64,000 bases of DNA from Epithemia pelagica (taxonomy: Eukaryota > Protista > Bacillariophyta), in contig OX337240.1 in assembly GCA_946965045.2 (NCBI GenBank), forward strand, positions 1,674,001-1,738,000. The letters are read 5' to 3'. The translations under genes and the position numbers were made by a program. The notes below the pieces were generated by a model. The model did no database searches. It was not told where the DNA came from and saw nothing but the letters and a program-made list of their open reading frames with translations. Positions 44,066-55,957 of the stretch are shown piece after piece (position 1 is the first letter of the stretch; each line of letters begins with the position of its first letter).

Positions 44066-44929
44066 CTACCATTGGGCAATTTGATAATCGGCAAAGTATT
44101 CTCCCGTGGGCGGTTTCTCCATGGTGGCAGGAATGACGGCATTTTTGGCTCCCTCTCGTGGATCTCGGGGTCCCCGTTGACTCGTCATGTCGGTCTTACA
44201 GTATCCCGGACAACAACAGTTGACGGCAATGCCATTAGAGGCCAATTGCCGCGCCTATATCTTGGTCGCCGCCGTCACGGCCAATTTGCTCATGCCGTAG
44301 TTGGAGCTGCTCCATCCCTTGTCGGCATGGGTCCCATCTTGAACCGCGTCTTCAAAGTCTTGAATCAATTGATTCAATTCCGGTATCGTTAAAGAGGGAT
44401 CTTGAAATTTGGCTTGCAAGGCCGGAGAGACTTGATTGAGACGTCCCGCCAGGCTGGCGACACTGACAATGCGGGCATCTTTACCCTGTTTCAGCAAGGG
44501 AATGAGTTGTTCGGTCAAATCTGCCGTTCCTCGATAATTCACATCCAGCGTAGGCTTGGTTTGTTGGGCAAAGGGTGTCGGATCCGCTCCCTTGAAGGCC
44601 ATGCCCGCATTGTTGACCAAGACATCGACCTTGCCAAAGGAATCGCGAATGTGATTCACAAACGAAGTATGACTGTCCACATTGCCGACAATCAAGGGAG
44701 CCGACGAGACTTGTACGGGTTGTGACGACGACTGCAAAGAGGCCAATTCGCCTTGAATGGATTGGACGGCTTGAGCCGCTCGACTCGTATCGCGACAGCC
44801 CAACACAATGTGTTGAAACAACCCCGACAAGGCCAATTCCAAGGCAATAAAGTAGCCGATGCCCTTGTTCGCACCCGTCACAATGGCCACTCGACCCGTC
44901 GTACTACTCGAAGTCGCAGCACCGCTCAT
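44066..44929 (-). pseudogene. Short-chain dehydrogenase/carbonyl reductase (CBR1-like) with in-frame TAG at 44255-44257
   Basis: TGANKGIG, LVNNAG, YGMSK. After TAG the same frame continues ARQLASNGIAVNCCCPGYCKTDMT...EYFADYQIAQW to a TAG at 44066. Confidence 0.88.
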
Positions 44930-45575
44930 GATCATGACTCTGTCTCTCTTCGTTGCCTTGTTGCTGTATCAACGACAAGTGCACTGGAAGCAAGAGAACA
45001 ACAACGTCGCCTAAACAAGTTCGAAATTGTGCATGGAGCGCGTGATTTCTTTTTGCTTCTTTTGTGATCGTCTACCAGATGCGATCTACAAGCGACTAAA
45101 TCCTGTACGAGTCGCATTAAAGAGTCGCAGAAAATACGGATCCTCGAATGGCGTATTTTGTTGGGATTTTACGATATCATACCCAAGGCACTTGCAATAC
45201 TGCACCAGTTAAGTACTTATTGGGTTACTTAGACGCCCGACCGGCTCTCTGCTCGTGGGATCTCGGGACCCAAACTATCGGAAAAACTGTACAACCAAGA
45301 TGGACAAGAACAGAGTGGAAAGTGGAAGAACAGACGAAACGAACACCAGGATCAAGACCAGCCATAGCCCCCGTTGTCTCGTCTTTGTTGGGAGTGGCAC
45401 AACCAACAAGCGATTCTGGTGCTGCGATTGTGTCACAACTTTTGGTGTGAATTGACTTTGGTCATTGACCTGTTCCTCCCCTTTTCTTCGTGTCATCTTG
45501 CTCTTCTTGGGGTCTCCTAGCTGGATCCATTCTTTCCTTGTATTTACTGGTTCGCCATTCCATATCATCATCATC

Positions 45576-45929
45576 ATGAGTCCAGCCGATACAACTACCA
45601 TGGGAGTCGTTGAAGAATCGGACTTTCATCGTCGCATGCGATTGCAAGCGGAACGCCGGGAAAAGCAATTTGAAGAAGAAGAAGCGGCCAAGAAATGGTT
45701 TGAAGCCCAACAAGAACAGGAAAAGGAAAAATATGGCACCGTCTTGCCACCCGGTGCCCGCTTGACCACGACCATCATTCCCACCTATTCGGGTCATTCC
45801 ACAGCCACCAGTTCCACCACGTCCCGCAAACGCAAGACCCGGGTCTATGCCGACAATCCCAGTCGCAAGGCCCGAGCCGAAGATCCCAATGCGCACAGTT
45901 CCTCCTGTGAAGTTTGCACCATTATGTAA
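45576..45929 (+). CDS. Small CaaX protein 3 (ends SSSCEVCTIM)
   Basis: 117 aa from ATG 45576. Motif HRRMRLQAERREKQF. Same catcatcATG start context as proteins 1 and 2. Confidence 0.7.
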   Translation: MSPADTTTMGVVEESDFHRRMRLQAERREKQFEEEEAAKKWFEAQQEQEKEKYGTVLPPGARLTTTIIPTYSGHSTATSSTTSRKRKTRVYADNPSRKARAEDPNAHSSSCEVCTIM

Positions 45930-46836
45930 AAGGATCAACCACAACCAGAAGGGCCACCCATTTCGGAGTGACAATCACAAATCCAAGGGGGATTGGTCCA
46001 GTCTGGGCGTGTCTGGGAGTGTGGTGTGTAAAACACTGACACTCCTAGACCAACAACAATTCGTAAAAGACAAGTGTCTGGTTGTGCAAAGTCTGTTCTG
46101 GGTTGCAGTTGGAGAGGAGGAAGTGGATTCCTTCTTGCTCCATCCTGACATTTGCACAAGCCTTCCAGAAACGCTTGGAAACTTTTCGTGCGTTTTGTCG
46201 CATCTTGGTCTTTGTCGTTTTTTGGGTGGTGGGATCCGCTGTGATTGCATCCGAGTGGATCTGGTGCCTCCCAAAAGAATAACTATCACGTAATATCTCC
46301 TCTAATAATATTTTCATGTTCTAACGCACACACGCATTTCGATACGCAACGACATATGTGTGTAGTAGTACCTGTTTCTACCCAAAACATGTTTGGATGA
46401 TGACTATCATTCGAGCGATTCTCCTCTCTCGTTTTGTTAATAGTTGTCGAGAGATGATGGATGGAATGGTGCTCTTGTCGAATGCACCGCCTAGCTACCT
46501 ACCTAGCTACCTACGCCGTAGTCGTGAAAGAAGGTCCGCCCGTCTCCCGTTCCACGAACCTACTACAAAGGCGACCTTTCGACGACCAATTCGGAATCCA
46601 GAAGTTCGGACCGTTGTCCAAAACGGTCCGGATTCGGAACTCACACCATGACTAATAGGATGAACAGATACGACGGAGAGAGGGGCGAGATCTCGTTTCC
46701 GAGAACGGTCCATATGGAAAACTCGACTGGAACAAAAGAGGAAACTCGATGCTGGGGTGATCCAGAAGGAATGGTCTCATAAAAAACAAGAGAGAGAGAG
46801 TCAAAAGACGATAACTCGACAGTGACCGTACTCAAG

Positions 46837-48375
46837 ATGAACCACAAGAATCGCATCAAGACATCCAAACATTCAATGGCTGGATCCTTTGTCGGCGTCG
46901 TCATGATGAAGATGGCCTGCATGATCCTCTGCGGTGACTTGGTTTCGGGTGTGCCGCTCATGGAACTCAAAACGGTTCAAACCATGACTCCCTTGTTTCT
47001 GGAGGAATCCTCCTCGTCCTCGTGGGCAAGCCTTTCCGACAAGCTTGCTTCTTCTTCGTCGTCGTCTGATCAATTAGAAGATGATTCTCCTGTTTCCCCG
47101 TTGGTGACGTGGAGTCAATGGATCCACCCAGAGGATGCATCTCTGGAACACACCCTGTACGATGAGACCATGCCTGCTCCGCATTCAGGCATGTCGTCGT
47201 CGTCGTCGTCTTGGATGCACTACATCAAGCCCATTGGAAACATTCCGGTCGACCATTATCCCACCGACGAGAATCCCGACAAGATTCATCAAAATTGTAC
47301 GCATCACATTTTTTCCGTTCCCCTGTCGTTCCTGGACCAGGATGGTTCCACTACTACGCCAGGCATGACACCACCGACAGCTGCCGCTTCGACAACGACG
47401 ACTCCCATGGTACTTTTGGATGGAGACGAACCCGATACGGTGCATTCCATCAAACAGGGCGTTCAGGCACGCGTCGTTCTCGGCCAAGCCTTGGGACTCG
47501 AGTCGCTCTTCTCCCATACCATCCAGAACAAGAAGGTGACTACCACCACCGACAACACCAATAACAACAACAACAACGACAATGACGACGATAAGAATTG
47601 CTTGGTAGAGGATCTGATTCCCGACTTTGTGCAAGCAACGGAACCTTTCCCGTCCTTGCTTGCAGTAAATGCCATGACTGCAACCACTGTGGTGGATTTG
47701 GAATTGAAGCACTTTACCTGGTTGGTCTTGCAAGTGCCAGCCTCCTGTCACACAACGACGACGACGTGCCGTGTTCAATTGCTTGTGTACGAAGGCATGA
47801 TTACCCGTGTCCAAAATGCACAAGAGTATGAGGAATGGAGCAGCGGAACCGTGTGGGAACTGGATACCACCACCACGCATCCAGAAAAGAATGCTCTGAG
47901 CATGGAAACGCAATTTGGTGGTGCCAAGGTGTTGGTCATTATTACTTTGACGGCCAATGGTGTCCCACCCATGATGGGAACGGAACCCACGAACCGTGAG
48001 AAGGCTACTACTGGTTTGCGTACGCCAACTCCTCCCCCCGTCAAGGTTGTGAAACAGGCCGACCGGAACTGGGACGAAACTCCCGTGACCATGCTCCGAT
48101 CCAATCGCATCCATGATATCCACCCTCACGTCGTGGCTGTTCCACGCCATGATACCGTTCCCCAGAGCAACCATGACAACGACGACGACAACGACGACAA
48201 CAACAACAAGAAGAAGGAACAATTGTCCTTGGCCTGTTGTCCACCACCCAATGGATATGGGACCGATCGGACCTGTGGCTATACGAGCTTTAAACGGCGT
48301 GAGGATGTGGATTGTTTTGCCCCGAAACGTGCAGGATCGTACATTGTTACGGTCCCCCGGGACGCTCCCTTTTAA
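46837..48375 (+). CDS. Hypothetical, possibly secreted protein
   Basis: Long ORF with a hydrophobic N-terminal segment (VGVVMMKMACMILCGDLVSG), beta-like middle and Cys-containing C-terminus. Start uncertain. Confidence 0.65.
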   Translation: MNHKNRIKTSKHSMAGSFVGVVMMKMACMILCGDLVSGVPLMELKTVQTMTPLFLEESSSSSWASLSDKLASSSSSSDQLEDDSPVSPLVTWSQWIHPEDASLEHTLYDETMPAPHSGMSSSSSSWMHYIKPIGNIPVDHYPTDENPDKIHQNCTHHIFSVPLSFLDQDGSTTTPGMTPPTAAASTTTTPMVLLDGDEPDTVHSIKQGVQARVVLGQALGLESLFSHTIQNKKVTTTTDNTNNNNNNDNDDDKNCLVEDLIPDFVQATEPFPSLLAVNAMTATTVVDLELKHFTWLVLQVPASCHTTTTTCRVQLLVYEGMITRVQNAQEYEEWSSGTVWELDTTTTHPEKNALSMETQFGGAKVLVIITLTANGVPPMMGTEPTNREKATTGLRTPTPPPVKVVKQADRNWDETPVTMLRSNRIHDIHPHVVAVPRHDTVPQSNHDNDDDNDDNNNKKKEQLSLACCPPPNGYGTDRTCGYTSFKRREDVDCFAPKRAGSYIVTVPRDAPF

Positions 48376-49065
48376 ATCCTCGAGTAGCATACCAGGAACT
48401 ACAGCACGGATGGAGAAGCAAGAGGAGAAGGAGGAGCTACTGTGTGGATGGCTCTTTGTGGAGAAATGAAAACCAATGTAATGTGTGGACTTGGGGTGCT
48501 ATATCTATATCTTTTTTGATGAAAGTGTCGCTCCGTGTCGATTCCGATGAGTGTGCGCTGTTCCACCATCCGCCATGATGATTCCTATTGAAAGGTAATA
48601 CTACTATAAATGATCTTTTCGTATTCAAAACATTCCCCATGTGCAATTAGGTTGACCCTAGAGCAAGGTACTCTCATAAATGGCTACCCTGGTGGGTGGC
48701 TATTCGGTCCTGCTTCTTGGTGAGCAATTTGAGATTTTATGGGGAGAGGGGCAATTTCGAAGTGCGCGCCGGGGGACCGCGTCCGTACCACACAACGTAC
48801 GACTTTCAGTGGACGGAGATTGAATCTTGGAGTGTGTGCCACCCAATTCGTATAAACGAGAGGAATACGAACCACTCTACGAGTGCACCAGGGAGGAATC
48901 GTTTGGTTTGAGTCTTTTTTTGGTGGAGTTTGGCAGAATGGCGTGATGAGCAGACGGTGCCATGAGGGAGTGCTGCAGTGTCACGAAAACTTGCATCCTC
49001 TCCTCCCTTTTCCTTTGGGGCTAGCTTGACAAGCGACCCTTTTCTTCTCGTTGGACAATAAAAAA

Positions 49066-52000
49066 ATGTTGAATGTACTAATCTTGCACTTGCCAACTGT
49101 TCCATGCCACAATGGTCCATCGCGTTGGACCCGGGGTATTGGGATTGTTCTACTATGGTGCTGTCACATCGTCGTTGTCAACCTTGCCTTTGCTGCCGCA
49201 GTTCCCTCCACAACAAGAACAAGAACAGTTCGCGAACGATCGACGCTGTCGGACAGCGCACGGCCAATAAAGGATCCGACTGTTGTTGATCGAACAGAAT
49301 CATGGACTCGAAGAAAACAACAAGATCAAACAAGTCAATGGCTACAAACAACCGCCACTAAAACGCAGCAAACTGCCGCATCATCAACAACAACAAACAG
49401 TGATTGGCCAAGTTCCAGTCCCATAGAATCTGCACATGATCGAGCTCGTAGGGTCGTCGATACAGTCTCCTGGAGCGATTCTGTTCGTTCCGTTTCACGA
49501 TTTGCCAAACGCCACAGTCCGGCGGACGAGACGCATTCGGCACGGTCCCCCTCCATTGCACCTCCTCGTAGGACCAGCAGCCTACCACTCTTCAAGGACC
49601 GACCGTCACCAACGGCAATTACTAGCAATACTGACATGGCGTCACCGGTATATGATCCAGAATCCGAACCCGCCGCGGCACCCTTACTGTCATTGGACAA
49701 CAATGACAATGGTACGTCTACAACATGTTGCAATCGACAACCAGTCCATTGGAGAGTCTATCTAACGCATCTGGGGACCTCACGTCCATGGGTGGATTCT
49801 TGTGTCGTTCTTCTTCTTCTTCTTCTGTGCATACACAATATATAACAGGCTATGAAGTGGTCCCTCTCGATTTTACCATTTGTTATCACGGAATCCGTCA
49901 AGTCCTGAATACCATCCACGAAGATGACTTGGAACAAGTCGTTTCGTGGACCATCGATTTTGTGCAAGTGTATCTGGAAGCCAATGTGTGGAATTTCCAA
50001 TCCTTGACCACCACTTCCTATTACGGGACTGTGTACGAAACCAATACCTGCATCATTTTTTCCGCACAAGCCTTTTTTGATCCATTGGGGAATACATACA
50101 TTCCCACGGCCGATCAATTGTTCAATCTCATGACCGTCGTCATGGACGATGGTACTCGTCCCGATTCGTACTATTACCATCTCAAGGCGGAATTGCCTCC
50201 CACCAATGCCTTTGGTCAGTGTACCCATATCACTCTATTGGATGATTCGTCTCCCCTGGATTTGCAAGACGCGGCGGCCAACAACAATGCATCTTCCGAC
50301 AATGGTGGAGGACGGGAGTTTGCGGCGGTCTTGACCATTTTGGCGGGAATTACGGCCGGTGTGGCCTTGGTATTGGGAGGCTTTGTCTTGTACGAGCAAT
50401 ATTGCCGCACCGATTCCACCACCAAGGACGACCATCGTAAGAACCAAGAATCGGCGTCGGATCAACTACCCCCACCCTTGCGCATGCCTCCACGAATGGA
50501 GGATTCCGTCTTTTCTCCCACCTCCCATCCGAGTTTCCCCACTTTAAGTGCTCGATCGCGGACATCGTTTTCCAATGCCGCGTCGAAAGGGTCCAGTGGC
50601 ATTCGTCACCCCCATCGAAGCAGAATAACAAACGATGTCCACTCCAAGCATAGCGGGGGTGATTCCTCTCAGTTCCTCTCCACGCACTATGAAGATTCCA
50701 ACGTCGAAGACAACGAGGATGACCACGAAAATGATGGGCGATATCGCCGAGACAAGACAACACTGGGTGCCAAACGAAACTCGCCACCCTTCAAAACAAC
50801 AGGGGAGGAGGGAACCTCACGCACCCGCCGTAGAGAAATGGTTTTGGATGTCGCAGATATTGAGGATGCCTTCAAAAATGTGGATGACGACAACTCGGAT
50901 AGCTCGAGTTCTACCAACTTTGACGTTCCAACAACTTCCAACGTGCGAGACGCAAATCTTTGTTCCGGAACAAAGGAAACAGAACAACAGAATCATGACA
51001 GCACCGAGGAATGGCTAGAAGACGAACCGCTCGGATTCATTGATATTTTTCGAGCCGTCGACTCTTCATCCAGCCAGGGGTCGACGACAAGGAGTGTCAC
51101 GGAGGATCCACAAACAACAAAAGTTGCCACGGGTGGAAAGCGTCGACAGCCATCGACTAACAGACAGCCAAAGACAAAACCCAAAGCATGGCCAACCTTG
51201 CAGGAACGTATCGAGTCTCTGAGAGTATTTGCGGCTTTATCGTCCTCGTCCTCTTTATCGTCGATACGACCCGAGTCCTCCACATGCGCTTCCAAGGACA
51301 CTGTCATTCACCAAGAAGTGAAACCACCATCCAACAATCACAAGAAATCCAATGGTGGTAGACCAAGCAGAGCACCTTCGGACCAATTCTGCTCTTGTGA
51401 GCCACGGGAGCCTTTGGAGTGGCCATCTCGTTCTCTGCCAAAACGGAACCGAAACCGTGTCGATCGAAAGGACGGTGAGACTGTACCAGTCTCGATAATA
51501 CAAACAAACGATTATCGGGGAGGTGTTGTCGCGGTGCACAAACGGCGATCGCCACCAAGGCATTGCAGCAACGCCGCAACGCAAACAATTGGAACCAGTC
51601 CCTTTGTGTACCCTGACGAGGACGACATGCCTACGAGATCGACTAGGAAGAAACCAGAAGCAAGTTCTCTTGTCCGCAACGCACGCGCAATCTTTGAAAG
51701 TCTAGCAGAAACCTCGGGAATCAATTCCACGTCGGCTAATAAGAGGAGCAGTAGCACGGGCATCAATGCTGGAAAGAATCAAAGCCGCGTTCCAGAGAGA
51801 TACGAGATTGAGGCAACAGATGAGGCTGAATTGGAACCATCATCACCACATTCACAAAATCCTTCGACACCGCTACCGGAGGAATCCATCCAGCGACCCA
51901 AAGCGCCACCCAGAACCGTTCCAGAACTACTAATGAAACGGGATGTTTCTACGAGAGGCAAAGGTGCTACATCGACATGGTCGTCAGCGTCCGAGATCAC

Positions 52001-52151
52001 AAACGGTTCACTGTATTCCAAGGAGATGGCAACATCAGTTCCAAGTTGCATTCAGCGAATGGTCCAGAAAAAGAATTGTCAAGCCTGGGTCGAACCGGGA
52101 CAAGAAGTCCCGGTGGATACTCAGGACATGGAGTTTGAGCCCATGGCATAA
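49066..52151 (+). CDS. Single-pass membrane protein, join(49066..49711,49849..52151)
   Basis: GT-AG intron 49712..49848 joins the two ORFs in frame. N-terminal hydrophobic segment, folded ectodomain, TM AAVLTILAGITAGVALVLGGFVLY, long disordered tail. Confidence 0.75.
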
Positions 52152-52782
52152 CGACACAGCGCCTAAAACCATGCATGGGATGAGCGTCATAGTCACATCT
52201 GTTGAAGATTTTATGGGATTATATGGGGATAAATGAGCATACTTGGTAGAACGAAGGCCAATGGTCAGAGAAGCAAACTGAGGAGAATACTTACGAGAAA
52301 GTTTATCTCCAGCAGCAACCATCATAACACGAACTACCATCAGAGGTGAGACGGAACATCGTCAAAGAAAAAGAAAGCAGAACGATGCAGAAATAGCGTG
52401 AGGTCAACATGATTAGCGCGAGATCAACATGATCGGGCGGGGAAGACGAAGAATGAGCCTGAATGAAAGCCAGCCAGGGACGAAGCACGAAGGAAAGAGG
52501 GCCATGTGATCGCCACTGGTCGTCGTTATTCGTATGTAATCTTGCCGGTAGTTTAAGTACAAAGTCTTTTAATCATAACAATCGATCGCCGAGTGTTGTG
52601 ACCTTGCGTCTGGCGGGATCTGTGTCTCTTTTTCGGGACGCGTCGCTCTTAAGTCGCGTCGACACGCGAGATACTAACCGCGACTAACCGGTGCTTGTGC
52701 CCCCCCCCCGCGAAGCGAAGACGAGAAGAGGGGGCGATGCATTCCTTATTTGCCATGAGCCAAAAGATCCAAGCAACGCGAC

Positions 52783-53622
52783 ATGGACCATGAGAGCAAA
52801 AAGAGAGGTCCCAGGATTGGTGATTCATCATCCTCGTCCTCCTCCTCTTTGAGACTGTATTCGTCCACCGCACCAATGGGTGTTCATTGCATTCGACTGC
52901 ATCCTGGACAAGATTTAGTACCTGCCTTGTTGGAGGCAGCCTCTCAGGCAGCAGTCCAAAAAGCCACGGACCAAGAAGAACAATCCGTGAATCCTTGCAG
53001 CAGCAGCATGTCACCAGCATCGGCTGTCTTTGTCGTGACCTGTGTGGGAAGTCTCGACCAACTGACGGTACGATTGGCGGGGGCGGCTGCCAAGACGACT
53101 TGTTCTTCCAACACACCTAACACTAACACCAGCACCACCACCATTGCGGATGGTACAACCACCACCCAGTCTTTGACGGACCACAGTCCTTTGAAAACGT
53201 GGAACGAACCACTCGAGATTGTATCCTTGGTGGGAACCTTGGCTGTGACGCAGCCGTCTCTGGTGGCAAGGACGACCCCGACAACCAAAACCGAGGATGC
53301 CTCACTCACCACTGGTGGTTCCCTTACCAGTTCACAAGAAGAACAACAACAAGATTTTGTGGTACACAAACATTTGCATATTAGTGTCAGTACCGTAACG
53401 GGTGAGGTGTGGGGAGGTCATTTGATGGCAGGGCGTGTCTTGACTACGGTGGAACTCGTCTTGGGAACCGCACCAAGTCTGTCCTTTGATCGACGCCTGG
53501 ATCCACGGACCGGCTATCGTGAATTGCATATTCTAGAACAACCGCGAGGACCATCAAAGCGACTACTCCCAGCAAACCAAGCGGAACAAGAAACTCATTC
53601 GACAAGTGCCACAGCCAAATGA
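52783..53622 (+). CDS. PPC/DUF296 domain protein
   Basis: IRLHPGQDL, TCVGSL, EIVSLVGTL, HLHISVS...GEVWGGHL, TTVELVLG, DPRTGYREL. Confidence 0.9.
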   Translation: MDHESKKRGPRIGDSSSSSSSSLRLYSSTAPMGVHCIRLHPGQDLVPALLEAASQAAVQKATDQEEQSVNPCSSSMSPASAVFVVTCVGSLDQLTVRLAGAAAKTTCSSNTPNTNTSTTTIADGTTTTQSLTDHSPLKTWNEPLEIVSLVGTLAVTQPSLVARTTPTTKTEDASLTTGGSLTSSQEEQQQDFVVHKHLHISVSTVTGEVWGGHLMAGRVLTTVELVLGTAPSLSFDRRLDPRTGYRELHILEQPRGPSKRLLPANQAEQETHSTSATAK

Positions 53623-55957
53623 TTTTTGTACCATTCTATTGGTCGCCGTGACAACACACAAGATCGAGTACCAAATGCAAGACTGGTCCTCCTCGTACCT
53701 GCCTCTTGAAGAAATGGTTCTGAATGAGTCAGATATGGAGGATGCCTTTATAAGTGTGGATGACGACTCGGATAGCGCAAGCTCTCTCTTTTGTAACCTT
53801 CCAACTACTTCCAAAGGTCGAGCCATTAGTCTTTGTCCAAGAAAAAGAAATTGAACATCAGGATCCGTATCCATTACATGATCATCTGGAAGCGCAATGC
53901 TTTGGTGCCAAAAACGCTGGTGTAAGTCCCAGCACACAAAAATTCCGGTGAACAGAAACCATTCCGGTCAGGATTCTAGGTACAAATCTTGAAAAGCGGG
54001 TGATACAGGGACCATGCACGTGCCACAATGTCTTGGACAACCATTTCTGATAATTTTCCCGACTCCCATCGACGCAGACATAGTCCGTGCCTCCTACCAC
54101 ACCCAGGCTGTTCGTCATGAGTTTGGTCTTTGTTTTCATTTGGACAAGTTTCATGAGAACTTTTGCCTTTGCAGATTCCTCACTGACTTGCGGGAAAAGG
54201 GATTGGAGAAGCCGTTAAATTCGGTAACCCAGAAGACGAACTGGATCTTGCTCGGATGACAGAAGGTATCGGGTGTAGTGATGCGGAATCCTCCAACAGA
54301 TTGGCAGCGATGGAGGGTGTGCACTAGGTCCAGTTGTAACCGAACACTGGAGTTCAAACTCTTTTTGTCATGTTTGTGTTTTTGTGGCGTTCAGCGTTGT
54401 GGCAATGAACACCGTACCAAGATATTGATTTGGAATAGACGGAACAGAGAACGTGACTGAAACCTTGGTGTGCTAGGTAGAGCCCATACTAGATAGATAG
54501 GACAACTCAGATGCCCGCTATGACCATCTCGAACTTTATGGCACTCTTGCCCCGCATTCGTTCCAAGTCCTTCAGAGATATTGTGGCGGCCGAGACATCC
54601 CCTTGCTCGAGGTCGAAAATCGTACCACGTACCACGCCCAAGCGTTTGTTCTTGTTTGTGTGATTGGGGTGGGTGATGTGTGATTGGGCACCAAAGACCC
54701 AAGGTTCTCGCTCGTGCAACCAGTCAGTTTCTGCGTGACTCGGCTACGCCCTATCTGCTACTGATAGTACATAGTACCGATGGATTGTGGATAGGGCCAT
54801 GTTCACTTACGAGTTGCATTCTGTACTCTTACTCGTAGGAGTATGTGCCTTAGGCCACGGGCCACTACTCCTAGCTAGTACTCTATGACCTACTCCCACG
54901 AATAGAGAATAGAGTAGATCTTGAGTATTCGTGAGTGAACCTTGAGTCGCAACCTGGACCGACTTCCTATAGGAGTAGGAGTAGCTACGGTAGACCCTCT
55001 AGCTACTAGAATAGAATATTACTACTCGTACTCGTACTGTCGGACAGCAACAAACACAAAGTGGAATTATTTGAATGGCATCAAGAAAAGATAAGCCCAT
55101 GTTCCTTAGCTTCTCGTACTCGTAACAGTAGGGTACTCGTATTGTAAGCGGAAGAACGACATACATCAAGTGGAAATATTATTAAATAGTGTACAGAAGG
55201 CTCGGAAGTTTCGGGCTCGTATGTAAAAGTTCTAGAAGTGCCCGAGGCTTCACTGTTATGTCATTGGCTGATGATGGAATAATGAGTACCGTATGGTAGA
55301 CATCTGTCTACTACCTAGAGCGATCTCTATACACCACCCACCACCTTTCATACGATTGTTTACGTAGTTACCCTTTGCCTTTCAAAGTAGTAAGTTTTAG
55401 GAATAGTACACTAGCAAAAGATGGTTCCTACAATAACTCTTTGTGTAGACTGTACTTGTAGACGCATGTTGCGTCGTTTGCGGTCGCACTTTCTTACTTA
55501 AGTTCACACTCGCCATAATCCTCTGGATCCTTCTCGGAGTTTCTCTTTCTTTGCGAACTGCGAACCGACCAAACCAAAAACCAACCAACCAACTTTTGCT
55601 GGAGCACTCTTCGTTGTTCGAGAAAGTGCATTGATCTTATTTAATCAACCAAAAAGACCCACGACCCGTTCAATTCAGGGCAGCAAAAACACATTCATGA
55701 TAGAGACGACAAGGACCTAATAAGCAATTCGAGAGTGGTTGTTGTTGTTGTTTGAGCTGGACTTGATTGTAGTCTATTATTTCACCGATCGGTCCAGGTG
55801 ATCCATTGAGGTGCCCTCTCCCCTTGTTTCATTGTCGATCCAACGGATTCGCAAGTCAAACACACTCCAACCGAACCTCCCTCCACTACGGGTTACCTCA
55901 TCACAACACAACAGCAACACTCGACGATAAACAATAGCAACCAGAAACAACAACACC

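Noticed and set aside
14085-45929. Functional link between the DHHC palmitoyltransferase and the Cys-CaaX cluster, or between TAF1 and RPB1
   Set aside because: Separated by 16-25 kb and unrelated genes. Proximity alone is weak evidence in eukaryotes.
47185-48390. 401-aa minus-strand ORF
   Set aside because: Antisense shadow of 46837..48375.
53620-54720. Short ORFs on both strands after DUF296
   Set aside because: No coherent gene model or recognisable homology.
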